A stretch of 64,000 bases of DNA from a virus. Its lineage: Duplodnaviria > Caudoviricetes. The stretch lies in IMG/VR virus record IMGVR_UViG_3300020576_002947, positions 1 through 64,000 of that record. One strand, 5' to 3'. This document shows positions 18,785-27,198 of this stretch, piece after piece. Below the pieces are notes generated by a model. That model worked only from the letters and a program-made list of their open reading frames with translations. It did no database searches and was not told where the DNA came from. The position numbers and the translations under genes were made by a program. Position 1 is the first letter of the stretch. Each line of letters starts with the position of its first letter.

Positions 18785-19029
18785 CACAAGCACAATTTGA
18801 ATCACTTAAACCTGGTGACCAAATAGTAACCAATTGTCAAATAGGCTTTTGGCCTAAAGGTCTTAAATTTACTATTAATAGTAAATTTAATGAAAAAAGG
18901 CAGTTACCTAAACATTTTAATACTTATGCATATCTATGTACAAAAGAAGGTGATAAAGTAGCTAATTGTGTTATAAGAGATGTTGATTCTCCACTATTTG
19001 ACTTTGTACCTGATAGGGTCTGCATATGA
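18781..19029 (+). CDS. array protein 4 (VCI)
   Basis: Family motif plus tag. Confidence 0.85.
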   Translation: MTQAQFESLKPGDQIVTNCQIGFWPKGLKFTINSKFNEKRQLPKHFNTYAYLCTKEGDKVANCVIRDVDSPLFDFVPDRVCI

Positions 19030-19229
19030 CACAGCAAGAGTTCAATCATCTTAATATTGGTGATATAATTACTGTTATTGGTGGAAAGCAAAAACTTATT
19101 ATCGTTTGTATTGACAAACCTGGTTACTATAAGGCAGATATTTGTGGTAAAGAAAACAAAAAACCTGTATCAATATTTATTGCTAGTAGGTGGCATCTTC
19201 ATGAAGCAGTACTAAAGGTTTGTGTATGA
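19026..19229 (+). CDS. array protein 5 (VCV)
   Basis: Family motif plus tag. Confidence 0.85.
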   Translation: MTQQEFNHLNIGDIITVIGGKQKLIIVCIDKPGYYKADICGKENKKPVSIFIASRWHLHEAVLKVCV

Positions 19230-19453
19230 CTGAGTTGTTATGGAGAAGCTTAAAAATTGGAGATGTTATTGTCTTTACACTGCAACCAAGGGTAATCTAT
19301 AAAATCAATAGTATATTTTATAATGAAGAGTCTCCACTTCCTGGATATAACCTAACTAAAATTACACCAGAAGCTAATACTGGAGTTAATGTTAACAAAG
19401 CTGTAACTCCTCATTACTGGACCTTATATAAGCATCATTTAGTATGTGTGTAA
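19226..19453 (+). CDS. array protein 6 (VCV)
   Basis: Family motif plus tag. Confidence 0.85.
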   Translation: MTELLWRSLKIGDVIVFTLQPRVIYKINSIFYNEESPLPGYNLTKITPEANTGVNVNKAVTPHYWTLYKHHLVCV

Positions 19454-19463
19454 GAATAGTACA

Positions 19464-19673
19464 ATGACTAAAGCCCAATTCAATCGTCTTAAAATTGGTG
19501 ATGTTATCAATGGTAGGTGTGGTGAAACAATTACTATTTCTGTAGTAAGACCTCCAAACAAAGTATTCTCACACCAAACTTATACTGGTTTAACTAGTGA
19601 AGACTTTACTATAAACGCATTTGCTTATGGTTATTGGACACTAGTATCTAATTCTCCTGTGGTGTGTGTATAA
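19464..19673 (+). CDS. array protein 7 (VCV)
   Basis: Family motif plus tag. Confidence 0.85.
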   Translation: MTKAQFNRLKIGDVINGRCGETITISVVRPPNKVFSHQTYTGLTSEDFTINAFAYGYWTLVSNSPVVCV

Positions 19674-19677
19674 GCTA

Positions 19678-19890
19678 ATGACAAAAAAAGACTTTTTCCA
19701 ATTAGATCTTGGGGACACACTAGGAAGTTATAGAAAAGACTTTAAAGATAGTTTTGAGGTGATTAAAAAACTCGGTCAATCATACTATGTCTTAAGAAGA
19801 AAGTCAGATAACAAAACTGTAGCTTGTTTTGATCATAGAAACTGGTTCATAATTAAAAAAAAGGGTATCTCTTTTCTTGTTTGTATTTAG
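19678..19890 (+). CDS. array protein 8 (VCI)
   Basis: Family motif plus tag. Confidence 0.85.
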   Translation: MTKKDFFQLDLGDTLGSYRKDFKDSFEVIKKLGQSYYVLRRKSDNKTVACFDHRNWFIIKKKGISFLVCI

Positions 19891-19901
19891 AGAAAACGAC
19901 T

Positions 19902-20102
19902 ATGACAGAAGAAGAATTTTCCAAGCTACAAGTTAATGATATTATCTCTGCGTTTCCAGGAGTAGAGTTTATAATTACTTCTATAAAAGCCCCATCTCAG
20001 TATATAGTAAGAAGGTTTGAAGGAAATGGGCGTATGACCGAAGCTAATTTTCCTCCGGGTTGGACTTATGTTAGAAATATCAACCATCAAGTCTGCATAT
20101 GA
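19902..20102 (+). CDS. array protein 9 (VCI)
   Basis: Family motif plus tag. Confidence 0.85.
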   Translation: MTEEEFSKLQVNDIISAFPGVEFIITSIKAPSQYIVRRFEGNGRMTEANFPPGWTYVRNINHQVCI

Positions 20103-20293
20103 CACAAGCTGAGTTCAATAAACTAGAAGTTGGTGATGTTATCAGAGGAATTAGTGGCCTAGGACCTCGAACAATTGTTGAAATTATAGAATTTGCAAAG
20201 TATAAAATAGAAAGACCTGATGGTTCTTATGCTATAGCTTATACAGCAGGTACCTGGACCTTAATAAGTAGAAAATCTTCAGTCTGCATATGA
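20099..20293 (+). CDS. array protein 10 (VCI)
   Basis: Family motif plus tag. Confidence 0.85.
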   Translation: MTQAEFNKLEVGDVIRGISGLGPRTIVEIIEFAKYKIERPDGSYAIAYTAGTWTLISRKSSVCI

Positions 20294-20505
20294 CAGTAAA
20301 AGAATTTAGTGAACTTAAAGTTGACGATGAAATAGTAACTTGCTTTGACGCAGGTGCTTGGAATAAAAACACCGTCCTAACAATAACACAAGTTACAGGA
20401 AATTCTCGTTATCGTGTTAGAATAGGAGATAGACATTATGTAGGTGACATCACTTGTGCAAATTTTTATAGACTACTTGAAGTTACAGACAGAGTGTGCT
20501 TATGA
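20290..20505 (+). CDS. array protein 11 (VCL)
   Basis: Family motif plus tag. Confidence 0.85.
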   Translation: MTVKEFSELKVDDEIVTCFDAGAWNKNTVLTITQVTGNSRYRVRIGDRHYVGDITCANFYRLLEVTDRVCL

Positions 20506-20717
20506 CCAATGAGGAATGGGATAGTTTAGAAGTTGGAGACCTTATTAGAGGAAGTAGCTTTTCTATCCCCCATACTATTATCAAGAAAATTAGTAAAAAC
20601 ACTCTTACTAAGACAACAAAATACTCTTATAGACTATCTCCTGATGGAGCAGCTAGTTTACCTCCACTGTGGACTATTATTAAAAAAAAGAATTCTAGTA
20701 ATGTGGTCTGTATATGA
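20502..20717 (+). CDS. array protein 12 (VCI)
   Basis: Family motif plus tag. Confidence 0.85.
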   Translation: MTNEEWDSLEVGDLIRGSSFSIPHTIIKKISKNTLTKTTKYSYRLSPDGAASLPPLWTIIKKKNSSNVVCI

Positions 20718-20929
20718 CCCATAACACTTGGGAATCTTTAAAAATTGGCGATAGAATTAAAAACATAGATACTCATTTAGAGTATGCAATAATAGAAAAG
20801 AAAAAGTCAACTATTCTATACCCATCTAAATTCTATTATTACATACTCTCCCCTTGGAATAATAAGGAAGTAGCAATGACCCCAAAATACTGGTTTCTTA
20901 TTGATGAAGAAAGTTTGGTTTGTATATGA
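20714..20929 (+). CDS. array protein 13 (VCI)
   Basis: Family motif plus tag. Confidence 0.85.
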   Translation: MTHNTWESLKIGDRIKNIDTHLEYAIIEKKKSTILYPSKFYYYILSPWNNKEVAMTPKYWFLIDEESLVCI

Positions 20930-21138
20930 CCTACAAGCAGTGGAGATCTTTAGAAGTTGGTGACGTTATTAAGGGGAATAGTTTAAATTATGAATCTACT
21001 ATTACTGAAAAGTACCCCTCAAGGCATCTAAATGATCCTACGATAGTATTCGCATATAGCTTGTATCCTTCAGGACATGCAGTAATTCCTGAACTTTGGT
21101 CTATTGTAAGAAAGAATAAAGACATGGTTTGTATATGA
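20926..21138 (+). CDS. array protein 14 (VCI)
   Basis: Family motif plus tag. Confidence 0.85.
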   Translation: MTYKQWRSLEVGDVIKGNSLNYESTITEKYPSRHLNDPTIVFAYSLYPSGHAVIPELWSIVRKNKDMVCI

Positions 21139-21368
21139 GTAATGAAGACTGGTACAATCTAGCTGTTGGTGATGTTATTAAAGGAAATAGTTTAAATATT
21201 AGTACTAGAATATTTAAGATCATAGGAAAAAAAAGATCTTTCGACTTAGAATTCCCAGAAAGGAGATATCTATACACATTAGTAGATATTAGTACTGGCA
21301 GACAAGGTACAGCTCTCTACCCCTGGAGATGGTCTATCATTCAAAAAAATAGTTTGGTCTGTATATGA
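21135..21368 (+). CDS. array protein 15 (VCI)
   Basis: Family motif plus tag. Confidence 0.85.
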   Translation: MSNEDWYNLAVGDVIKGNSLNISTRIFKIIGKKRSFDLEFPERRYLYTLVDISTGRQGTALYPWRWSIIQKNSLVCI

Positions 21369-21559
21369 CAGAAGAAGAGTTCAACAACTTAAAAGTTGGT
21401 GATATTATCATTGCTTTAAGAAAGGACAGGCATGTTATTACAAAAGTAGTTAATAAAGGAATGTACAGAGTTAAAAATTTAAGAAATAATTTATCAGGAA
21501 GTGCCTTTATAGCTTGTCATTGGACTCTTGATAACTCTGTTTACATGGTTTGTATATGA
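21365..21559 (+). CDS. array protein 16 (VCI)
   Basis: Family motif plus tag. Confidence 0.85.
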   Translation: MTEEEFNNLKVGDIIIALRKDRHVITKVVNKGMYRVKNLRNNLSGSAFIACHWTLDNSVYMVCI

Positions 21560-21756
21560 CACAAGAAGATTTTGATAACTTAAAGATTGGTGATATTATA
21601 TTTGCTTGTACTAATTCGAAATATGTTATTACAGAAGTAATCGACAAAGGCACATACAAAGTTAAAAGTCTAGATCGCGAAGTTGAAGTATTAGGCGGTG
21701 CTTTTATAGCCTATAATTGGACCCTCGATAAGCCTACTAACCCGGTATGTATATGA
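21556..21756 (+). CDS. array protein 17 (VCI)
   Basis: Family motif plus tag; close paralog of array protein 16. Confidence 0.85.
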   Translation: MTQEDFDNLKIGDIIFACTNSKYVITEVIDKGTYKVKSLDREVEVLGGAFIAYNWTLDKPTNPVCI

Positions 21757-21968
21757 CCAAATCAGAATTCTCAAAAGTACAAATAGGTGATATTCTAGTT
21801 AATAAACAAGGAACTATGATGGAAGTTTATAAAATAGACAAGTATTATGCTAGATTTATATTTGGTACAGTAATTGCTAACTCACCATATGCGAACAAAG
21901 GTGAACTAGGTTTTGCTTTAAACCATGAGAACTGGACAAAGGTAGTAAAAAATATAGTCTGCATATAA
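21753..21968 (+). CDS. array protein 18 (VCI)
   Basis: Family motif plus tag. Confidence 0.85.
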   Translation: MTKSEFSKVQIGDILVNKQGTMMEVYKIDKYYARFIFGTVIANSPYANKGELGFALNHENWTKVVKNIVCI

Positions 21969-21983
21969 TTCTATAGTAGGTAT

Positions 21984-22020
21984 GCTGATGACGTAGGTTC
22001 GAATCCCGCCATCAACTCCA
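21984..22020 (+). pseudogene. collapsed tRNA remnant (acceptor plus T arm only)
   Basis: gctgatg...gtagg-ttcgaat-cccgc-catcaac-t-cca. Confidence 0.55.
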
Positions 22021-22064
22021 AAGTTTATAAAGCAATCCAGGAGAAACGATAATGACTAAGTAAA

Positions 22065-22499
22065 ATGAAAATCAGAACACTAAAAAACATTAAAAGAAGT
22101 TATCGCAGACATGAGTTTGAAAAGAAACTCGAAAAAGCTATTTTTGTTCATAAACAGATTTGGGGTTATGACAAACCTCTTAAATCTCCATCAAACCTTT
22201 GGTTAAATCTTGGTTATGAAACTACTATTCTTGAAACAACACAAGAACGATATAATCATGAAGACGACTATTATGACTGGGTAAAACAGTGTAGTAATAG
22301 GTGGGCTAACAATTTAGTAAGAAGACATGAATATTATCCTAACAGATCTAGTATTAAAGATCTAAAATATAATGATCAAGTTAAAGACATGGTCTTAGAG
22401 TTGGAAGAATCTGGGGACGTAGCTCAATTGGGGGAGCAGATCCTTTGCATGGATAAGGCTGAGAGTTCGAGTCTCTTCGTCTCCACCAGAAACTCCTGA
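22065..22499 (+). CDS. hypothetical protein whose 3' end reads through tRNA-Ala
   Basis: No stop codon before the tRNA. Confidence 0.7.
   Translation: MKIRTLKNIKRSYRRHEFEKKLEKAIFVHKQIWGYDKPLKSPSNLWLNLGYETTILETTQERYNHEDDYYDWVKQCSNRWANNLVRRHEYYPNRSSIKDLKYNDQVKDMVLELEESGDVAQLGEQILCMDKAESSSLFVSTRNS
22413..22488 (+). tRNA. tRNA-Ala(TGC)
   Basis: Acceptor ggggacg/cgtctcc with G3:U70, anticodon loop tttgcat, ACCA. Confidence 0.9.
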
Positions 22500-22506
22500 G
22501 AAAGAA

Positions 22507-23145
22507 ATGGGAAGAAAAGAACTTAATCAAGATATATTTACTTTTTATATTGATACTGATTCCTATACTGGAAATTTTGAAAGAGCACTTTGCGCTTATA
22601 TAACTGGTTTAACTGGTGATTGTGGAGTTGGTGATGAGGAAGCTAATGAGTTTATAAAGTTGTTTCCAACAGAAGCAGCAGAATTTATAGAAATTAAAGA
22701 AGTTATAGCAGATGAGTACGGTTGTTTTCGTCCTTGTGAGATAGATACTACACCAGGTTGGTATGGATTTCAATCTTTAAAAAGAACTTTTAGAGAATCG
22801 GATAAAGTTAACCTAGAAGATGTTAAAAAAGAGATTTCCGAAACCCTGATAAATTACTGGCAGCCTCATCATGATCATGCTAAAGCCCAGTTAAATACTG
22901 GTAAGTCAGAATGGATACACTCTTTTAATTCAACTAAAAAGAGCTTAGAGGATGCCCAAAACCCTGTAATTATAAAGGTTCCTGTTTACCAATCAGTAGC
23001 AATTTTCTTCACTCAACGACCTAATTCCAACTTAGTTAAGTTAATGAAAACCAGAGCTGAAGAGTATTGTAAAAATAACAGCATTAACGTTGAAGGCTTT
23101 AGATTAATTCAAACTAAGAAATCTGAAATTCATTTATCTATCTAA
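22507..23145 (+). CDS. hypothetical protein
   Basis: 212-aa ORF (IDTDSYTGNFER..CAY.TG..G.CGVG). Confidence 0.8.
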   Translation: MGRKELNQDIFTFYIDTDSYTGNFERALCAYITGLTGDCGVGDEEANEFIKLFPTEAAEFIEIKEVIADEYGCFRPCEIDTTPGWYGFQSLKRTFRESDKVNLEDVKKEISETLINYWQPHHDHAKAQLNTGKSEWIHSFNSTKKSLEDAQNPVIIKVPVYQSVAIFFTQRPNSNLVKLMKTRAEEYCKNNSINVEGFRLIQTKKSEIHLSI

Positions 23146-23149
23146 ATCA

Positions 23150-23443
23150 ATGCTTTACAGTACTGATTTCGAACAAAGAATAAACGAAAGAGCTTGGTTT
23201 GATGTAGGGGATGGCTTTGAATACAAACTTAAAGCTTTTTCTAATGATTCAAGCAGAGATAGATTTAAGATTAAACCTCATAATCTTAAAGATAAGATAG
23301 TTTATAATATCTATCATATCTGTCCTTTACGTAGAAGAAGAGCCTCTACGCTTGTATTACCTCTTGTAACTACATATGAAGAAGCAGTTGACTATGTCGA
23401 GAGTCAATACAAGACAAAAATTACTACGGATTATTATTACTAA
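23150..23443 (+). CDS. hypothetical protein
   Basis: ORF. Confidence 0.7.
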   Translation: MLYSTDFEQRINERAWFDVGDGFEYKLKAFSNDSSRDRFKIKPHNLKDKIVYNIYHICPLRRRRASTLVLPLVTTYEEAVDYVESQYKTKITTDYYY

Positions 23444-23452
23444 ACAACTCAT

Positions 23453-23497
23453 GGGCGAGTGGCGGAATTGGTAGCCGCGCTAGATACTTAATCTAGT
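23453..23497 (+). pseudogene. 5' half of a Leu-type tRNA
   Basis: gggcgag-tg-gcggaattggtagccgc D arm, ctaga/tctag stem; no T arm. Confidence 0.65.
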
Positions 23498-23501
23498 CTG
23501 C

Positions 23502-23567
23502 TTTGAGAACATAAGATTTCTATGCCCCAACTGCCATCAACAGACTACAAATTGGGGAAACAAAAAA
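23502..23567 (+). pseudogene. C-terminal remnant of an HNH endonuclease
   Basis: Translates FENIRFLCPNCHQQTTNWGNKK; in-frame stop just upstream and no ATG. Confidence 0.7.
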
Positions 23568-23657
23568 GCCGGGATGGTGGAATTGGTCTACACACTTCGT
23601 TTAGGGCGAAGCGCTCCTGAAAAGAGCTTGAGGGTTCGAGTCCCTCTCTCGGCACCA
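23568..23657 (+). tRNA. tRNA-Leu(TAG)
   Basis: Anticodon arm cttcg-tttaggg-cgaag, long variable arm, ACCA. Confidence 0.9.
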
Positions 23658-23678
23658 AATCTTTTTGAAGATGTATAT

Positions 23679-23981
23679 ATGAGTAATGAAAAAGATCCGC
23701 TAAGACCAATAAGAGTTAATCGTAATGAATTTGGTAAGCTAATGAAAGAACTAGCAGAACAAGAGCGTAAAGCTCCAGTTTGTGTTATAAAAAAAACAGA
23801 CGTTAGATTGTTGGTAGACAGAGCGTTAGCAGAAGAGTCCTCCTCACTAAAACCAATAAGTACTAAAATGAATAGAGAAGAAAAAGCAAAGAAAGATCTT
23901 CGTTTAGGAATATATTTAACACTTAGCTGTCTGGTAGTAATAGGTGCTATCATGCTTATTTTACTACCCTTTATATATTAA
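23679..23981 (+). CDS. hypothetical protein with C-terminal transmembrane helix
   Basis: First ATG after the tRNA; hydrophobic tail. Confidence 0.7.
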   Translation: MSNEKDPLRPIRVNRNEFGKLMKELAEQERKAPVCVIKKTDVRLLVDRALAEESSSLKPISTKMNREEKAKKDLRLGIYLTLSCLVVIGAIMLILLPFIY

Positions 23982-23985
23982 ATTT

Positions 23986-24057
23986 GCCTTGGTAGCTCAG
24001 GGGTAGAGCAGCCGTCTCTAAAACAGCAGGTCGGGGGTTCAAATCCCCCTCAGGGCG
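23986..24057 (+). tRNA. amber suppressor tRNA (anticodon CTA)
   Basis: Acceptor gccttgg/tcagggc, anticodon arm gccgt-ctctaaa-acagc (one mismatch), T arm ggggg-ttcaaat-ccccc; no encoded CCA. Confidence 0.75.
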
Positions 24058-24247
24058 CTTAATTGTTACTAACTTATTACATTAAAAATAATAGTGGTTT
24101 TAATACCTCTACAGACGAATGCCAATGATCACATACTGGACGAATAGCCTTTTGTAGCTCTATAACGTTTTCCTTATCAGACCACCGTAAATTAACGAGA
24201 CCCTTTTTTCTCGTCATTTACTCCACCAACAAACAAGTCTGATACAC

Positions 24248-24688
24248 ATGAAAACGCTTCCAAAAAACGAAACCCAAAAATTCTTCAACGACAAAGGCTC
24301 TTATGAGCTTATGGTCTCTAACTTCAAAGCACTAGCTAACGATCCTGAAAAAAGGAAAGAGCTGGATTGCTATGACTACTTCCTTTACGCTGTTCTGCGT
24401 GGAAAGGATTGGACTAAAGGCTTTTCAAAAGTCTATTCCAAGGACCCATCATTCCCAAGACAACTCGGTCTTACTCAAGGTTCAAACTCTTGTTGGGAGA
24501 TCATTAGGAACATCTTTAGTCCTTATATGAACTCCTACTACAAGACCAAGCTAACTTGGTGTTATGACATCATCGATCACGAATATCTTCGAGAGTTCTT
24601 TAAGTATGGCAACTTTAAGTTCTTTGCTGCTATTAGTGGTGAAGCAGAACCTTATCCTATTGTCCTCAAAGAGGAGGTAGGAGTCTAA
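24248..24688 (+). CDS. hypothetical protein
   Basis: ORF (YAVLRGK motif), upstream of the PTH2-like gene. Confidence 0.75.
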   Translation: MKTLPKNETQKFFNDKGSYELMVSNFKALANDPEKRKELDCYDYFLYAVLRGKDWTKGFSKVYSKDPSFPRQLGLTQGSNSCWEIIRNIFSPYMNSYYKTKLTWCYDIIDHEYLREFFKYGNFKFFAAISGEAEPYPIVLKEEVGV

Positions 24689-24693
24689 CTCCT

Positions 24694-24718
24694 TAGGGGG
24701 CTGTAAACCAGCCCCCTA
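24694..24718. terminator. GC-rich hairpin
   Basis: tagggggctg-taaac-cagcccccta. Confidence 0.5.
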
Positions 24719-24728
24719 GATAGTTGTT

Positions 24729-25028
24729 ATGAACAACTACGTACTCATTTTTGTTCTTAGCTCTCTAACTAAGTCACAGCAAGCAGTTCAAGCTTGCCAT
24801 GCATGTTTTGAGAGAGCTTCTATCAACAGTCATTTACTAGATAGTTCCTCTATTGTATTCTACCAGGTAGAAGACTTAGATTATGTTAAAGCACTTTTAG
24901 GTCATAACGAGATAGACTACTCAGTATTTAAAGAGCCTGACTTAGGCAACATCGAGACTGCTATATGTACTAGCATAGTTTCAGCTAGTACTCGAAAAGT
25001 ATTTAAAAACTTTCCATTATGTATATGA
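24729..25028 (+). CDS. peptidyl-tRNA hydrolase II-like protein
   Basis: L..SQQAVQACHA and F.EPDL...ETAI motifs; ends PLCI. Confidence 0.75.
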   Translation: MNNYVLIFVLSSLTKSQQAVQACHACFERASINSHLLDSSSIVFYQVEDLDYVKALLGHNEIDYSVFKEPDLGNIETAICTSIVSASTRKVFKNFPLCI

Positions 25029-25081
25029 AACAACAAAAAGACCTGACTTTTAGTAGATACCACTAAGGTACTTCTACTAAA

Positions 25082-25522
25082 ATGAAACCAAATACTATAA
25101 AACGACAAAAAAGAATCCATCAAAAGTCTGTTATCAAAAAGAGAATCTCAGAAGTCTATCGAAGAACTCTTGACGAGAGAACTGCTCTTACGCACAGCCC
25201 TCTTAGAGTAACATATTTTCTTGAGTGCTGGACACCTAGGTTCTGTTATTGTAATGAAGGTAAGAAGAATCTTACTTTCATTCATCATGATATTCAGAGT
25301 TATAGAAGGTATGATAGAGATTGGTGGTATGAGAATGTTGATCACAAGACTAAAAAGAGAGAACAATCAGCATGTGATTACGACTCCGATCCTGGAATAC
25401 TCTCAGATGACTGGATTGTAGGATGGCTATATGGAGAGATTCAAGGTCTTGATGAATATGACGATCTCTCTACTCCAAACCTATTTAAGACCTATAGAAA
25501 GAAGTTTACTAAGAGACTTTAA
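25082..25522 (+). CDS. hypothetical protein
   Basis: ORF. Confidence 0.65.
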   Translation: MKPNTIKRQKRIHQKSVIKKRISEVYRRTLDERTALTHSPLRVTYFLECWTPRFCYCNEGKKNLTFIHHDIQSYRRYDRDWWYENVDHKTKKREQSACDYDSDPGILSDDWIVGWLYGEIQGLDEYDDLSTPNLFKTYRKKFTKRL

Positions 25523-25536
25523 CACAAGAAAAAGAA

Positions 25537-26427
25537 ATGATTGTAGAAAAGAAAGTATCAGCAGTTGATAAAGTTACTAAGTACTTATACAAATCAGATA
25601 AGTACAAACCCTTCTTACTTGAATACACTTATGTTGATAATGGTTCAGGTAAGGATATTATTTGCATGCCTAGTTTTAGCTCTTGTAGCTTAGGATGTAA
25701 ATTCTGTCACTTAACACAAAGAAAAAGTAAAAAATCTGTTGCTGTAGAAGTAGATGATAACTTAGCAGCTATTAAGTATATTCTAAAGGATCAAGGTATA
25801 GGAAGTATTCAAAAAGCTGGTGAAGGTAATCAAACCCTTTTACTATCTTTTATGGGTGCAGGTGAACCTACTCTTAACTCTGATGTACTTATAGAAACTG
25901 CTAAACAGGTAAGAAGAAGGTACTCCCTTTTTTATGACAAAGTTAGATTTGCATTATCCACTATTATCCCGGTCCCTAGACACTTGGATTACATTTCCTC
26001 TGAATTCTTAAGTAATGGACTTGATTTAAAGATACACTACTCTCTTCATTTATGGGATAATGAAACCAAAAGAAATCTAATGCCCCTAGCTCTTCCGACA
26101 GACAAGGCATTAGTTCTATTAAAAGATCTTAGTAAGTTCCATCCTATTGAAGTTCATTACACACCCTTCTCGTCAAACAGTGGGATAGAGGATATTCTCA
26201 AACTAAAGGATTTAGTTGAAACCACTAACTTCAATGTTAAGATCCTTAACTTCTCAGAAAGACCTGATCATTTGATTACACCTAAAATCTCAAGTAAGGA
26301 TTTTTATAATAACTGTATCTCAGAAGGAATACCATCTTCTAGAATTGAATATTATTGTCCTCCAGGTCATGACGTAAATGGCTGCTGCGGGGAGTTTGAG
26401 TTAGACTTTTCCAAATACTGGGATTAA
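25537..26427 (+). CDS. RlmN/Cfr-like radical SAM RNA methyltransferase
   Basis: CSLGCKFC, MGAGEP, SLH, G.DV.GCCG. Confidence 0.85.
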   Translation: MIVEKKVSAVDKVTKYLYKSDKYKPFLLEYTYVDNGSGKDIICMPSFSSCSLGCKFCHLTQRKSKKSVAVEVDDNLAAIKYILKDQGIGSIQKAGEGNQTLLLSFMGAGEPTLNSDVLIETAKQVRRRYSLFYDKVRFALSTIIPVPRHLDYISSEFLSNGLDLKIHYSLHLWDNETKRNLMPLALPTDKALVLLKDLSKFHPIEVHYTPFSSNSGIEDILKLKDLVETTNFNVKILNFSERPDHLITPKISSKDFYNNCISEGIPSSRIEYYCPPGHDVNGCCGEFELDFSKYWD

Positions 26428-26430
26428 GCA

Positions 26431-26679
26431 ATGTTTGTGACAGGAAAACCTGGTGATCTAATTATATACAATAAGACTCCACAAAAAAATCATAAAAGAA
26501 TCTGGGAAGATGGCTCAATAATAAGAGTTACAAAAGGACGACATTTTGAAGACTTCGAGTATAGACTAGTATCAGGAAAACAGTTTTGTACTAATAAGGA
26601 ACTAACCAACATGGTTTACTACAACCTTTGTCCAGCTGATCTAGATCTTTACGATATACAAAACCTTGTATGTATATAG
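26431..26679 (+). CDS. small GD-family protein, VCI tag
   Basis: KPGDLI; IW.DGS...LCPADL shared with next ORF. Confidence 0.8.
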   Translation: MFVTGKPGDLIIYNKTPQKNHKRIWEDGSIIRVTKGRHFEDFEYRLVSGKQFCTNKELTNMVYYNLCPADLDLYDIQNLVCI

Positions 26680-26686
26680 GAACAAA

Positions 26687-26941
26687 ATGCTCTGTGACGA
26701 AGCTGATAATATTAAAGTAGGTGATATTCTTGTTTACAAAAACGTAATTCCATCAGTACATACTGGTATTTGGTCTGATGGTAGTGTAATAAAAAGATTA
26801 AATACAAAGGGTTGGGAAGGGAATAATTATGAACTTATATCAGGAAGCCAGCTTCTTGAGACTGACGATTTAGATTCCGTTATTCCCAGAAGTCTTTGTC
26901 CAGCAGACTTGACAAATTTATTTGGCAAGGTTTGCATATGA
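26687..26941 (+). CDS. small GD-family protein, VCI tag
   Basis: IKVGDIL; paralog of previous ORF. Confidence 0.8.
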   Translation: MLCDEADNIKVGDILVYKNVIPSVHTGIWSDGSVIKRLNTKGWEGNNYELISGSQLLETDDLDSVIPRSLCPADLTNLFGKVCI

Positions 26942-27189
26942 GAACCCCCGATTGGTATAGATTAAAAGAAGGTATCTTAATAATTTATGGTGCTGATGCC
27001 TATTTCTCTCGTGGTAGCTTACTTTTAATTAAAAAGTGGGCACAAGCAGAAGAGTGGGATAGCAGGAATATTGAGCTAATTTCTGGTGTACAAAAATCTC
27101 CTCATTCTATTAATTATATTTTTCACTACTTACTATCAATAGGAGATATCTCCATACTGGAAACAGAATCTTTAAAAGTTTGCTTGTGA
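26938..27189 (+). CDS. small protein, VCL tag
   Basis: W..LKEG, ELISG.Q; ends LKVCL. Confidence 0.8.
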   Translation: MRTPDWYRLKEGILIIYGADAYFSRGSLLLIKKWAQAEEWDSRNIELISGVQKSPHSINYIFHYLLSIGDISILETESLKVCL

Positions 27190-27198
27190 AGGACTCAG

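Larger units (their letters stand above)
18163..21968 (+). repeat. tandem array of 18 diverged paralogous small genes
   Basis: Each unit is MT(or MS)..[FW]..L..[GND]D, a variable core, usually a W, then VC[IVL]; 14 of 17 junctions are ATGA overlaps. Confidence 0.92.

Noticed and set aside
18163-21968. CRISPR array, integron cassette array or DGR target as explanation of the periodicity
   Set aside because: The repeats are at protein level with synonymous wobble; there are no identical direct repeats, no attC-like palindromes, and no integrase or reverse transcriptase in the window.
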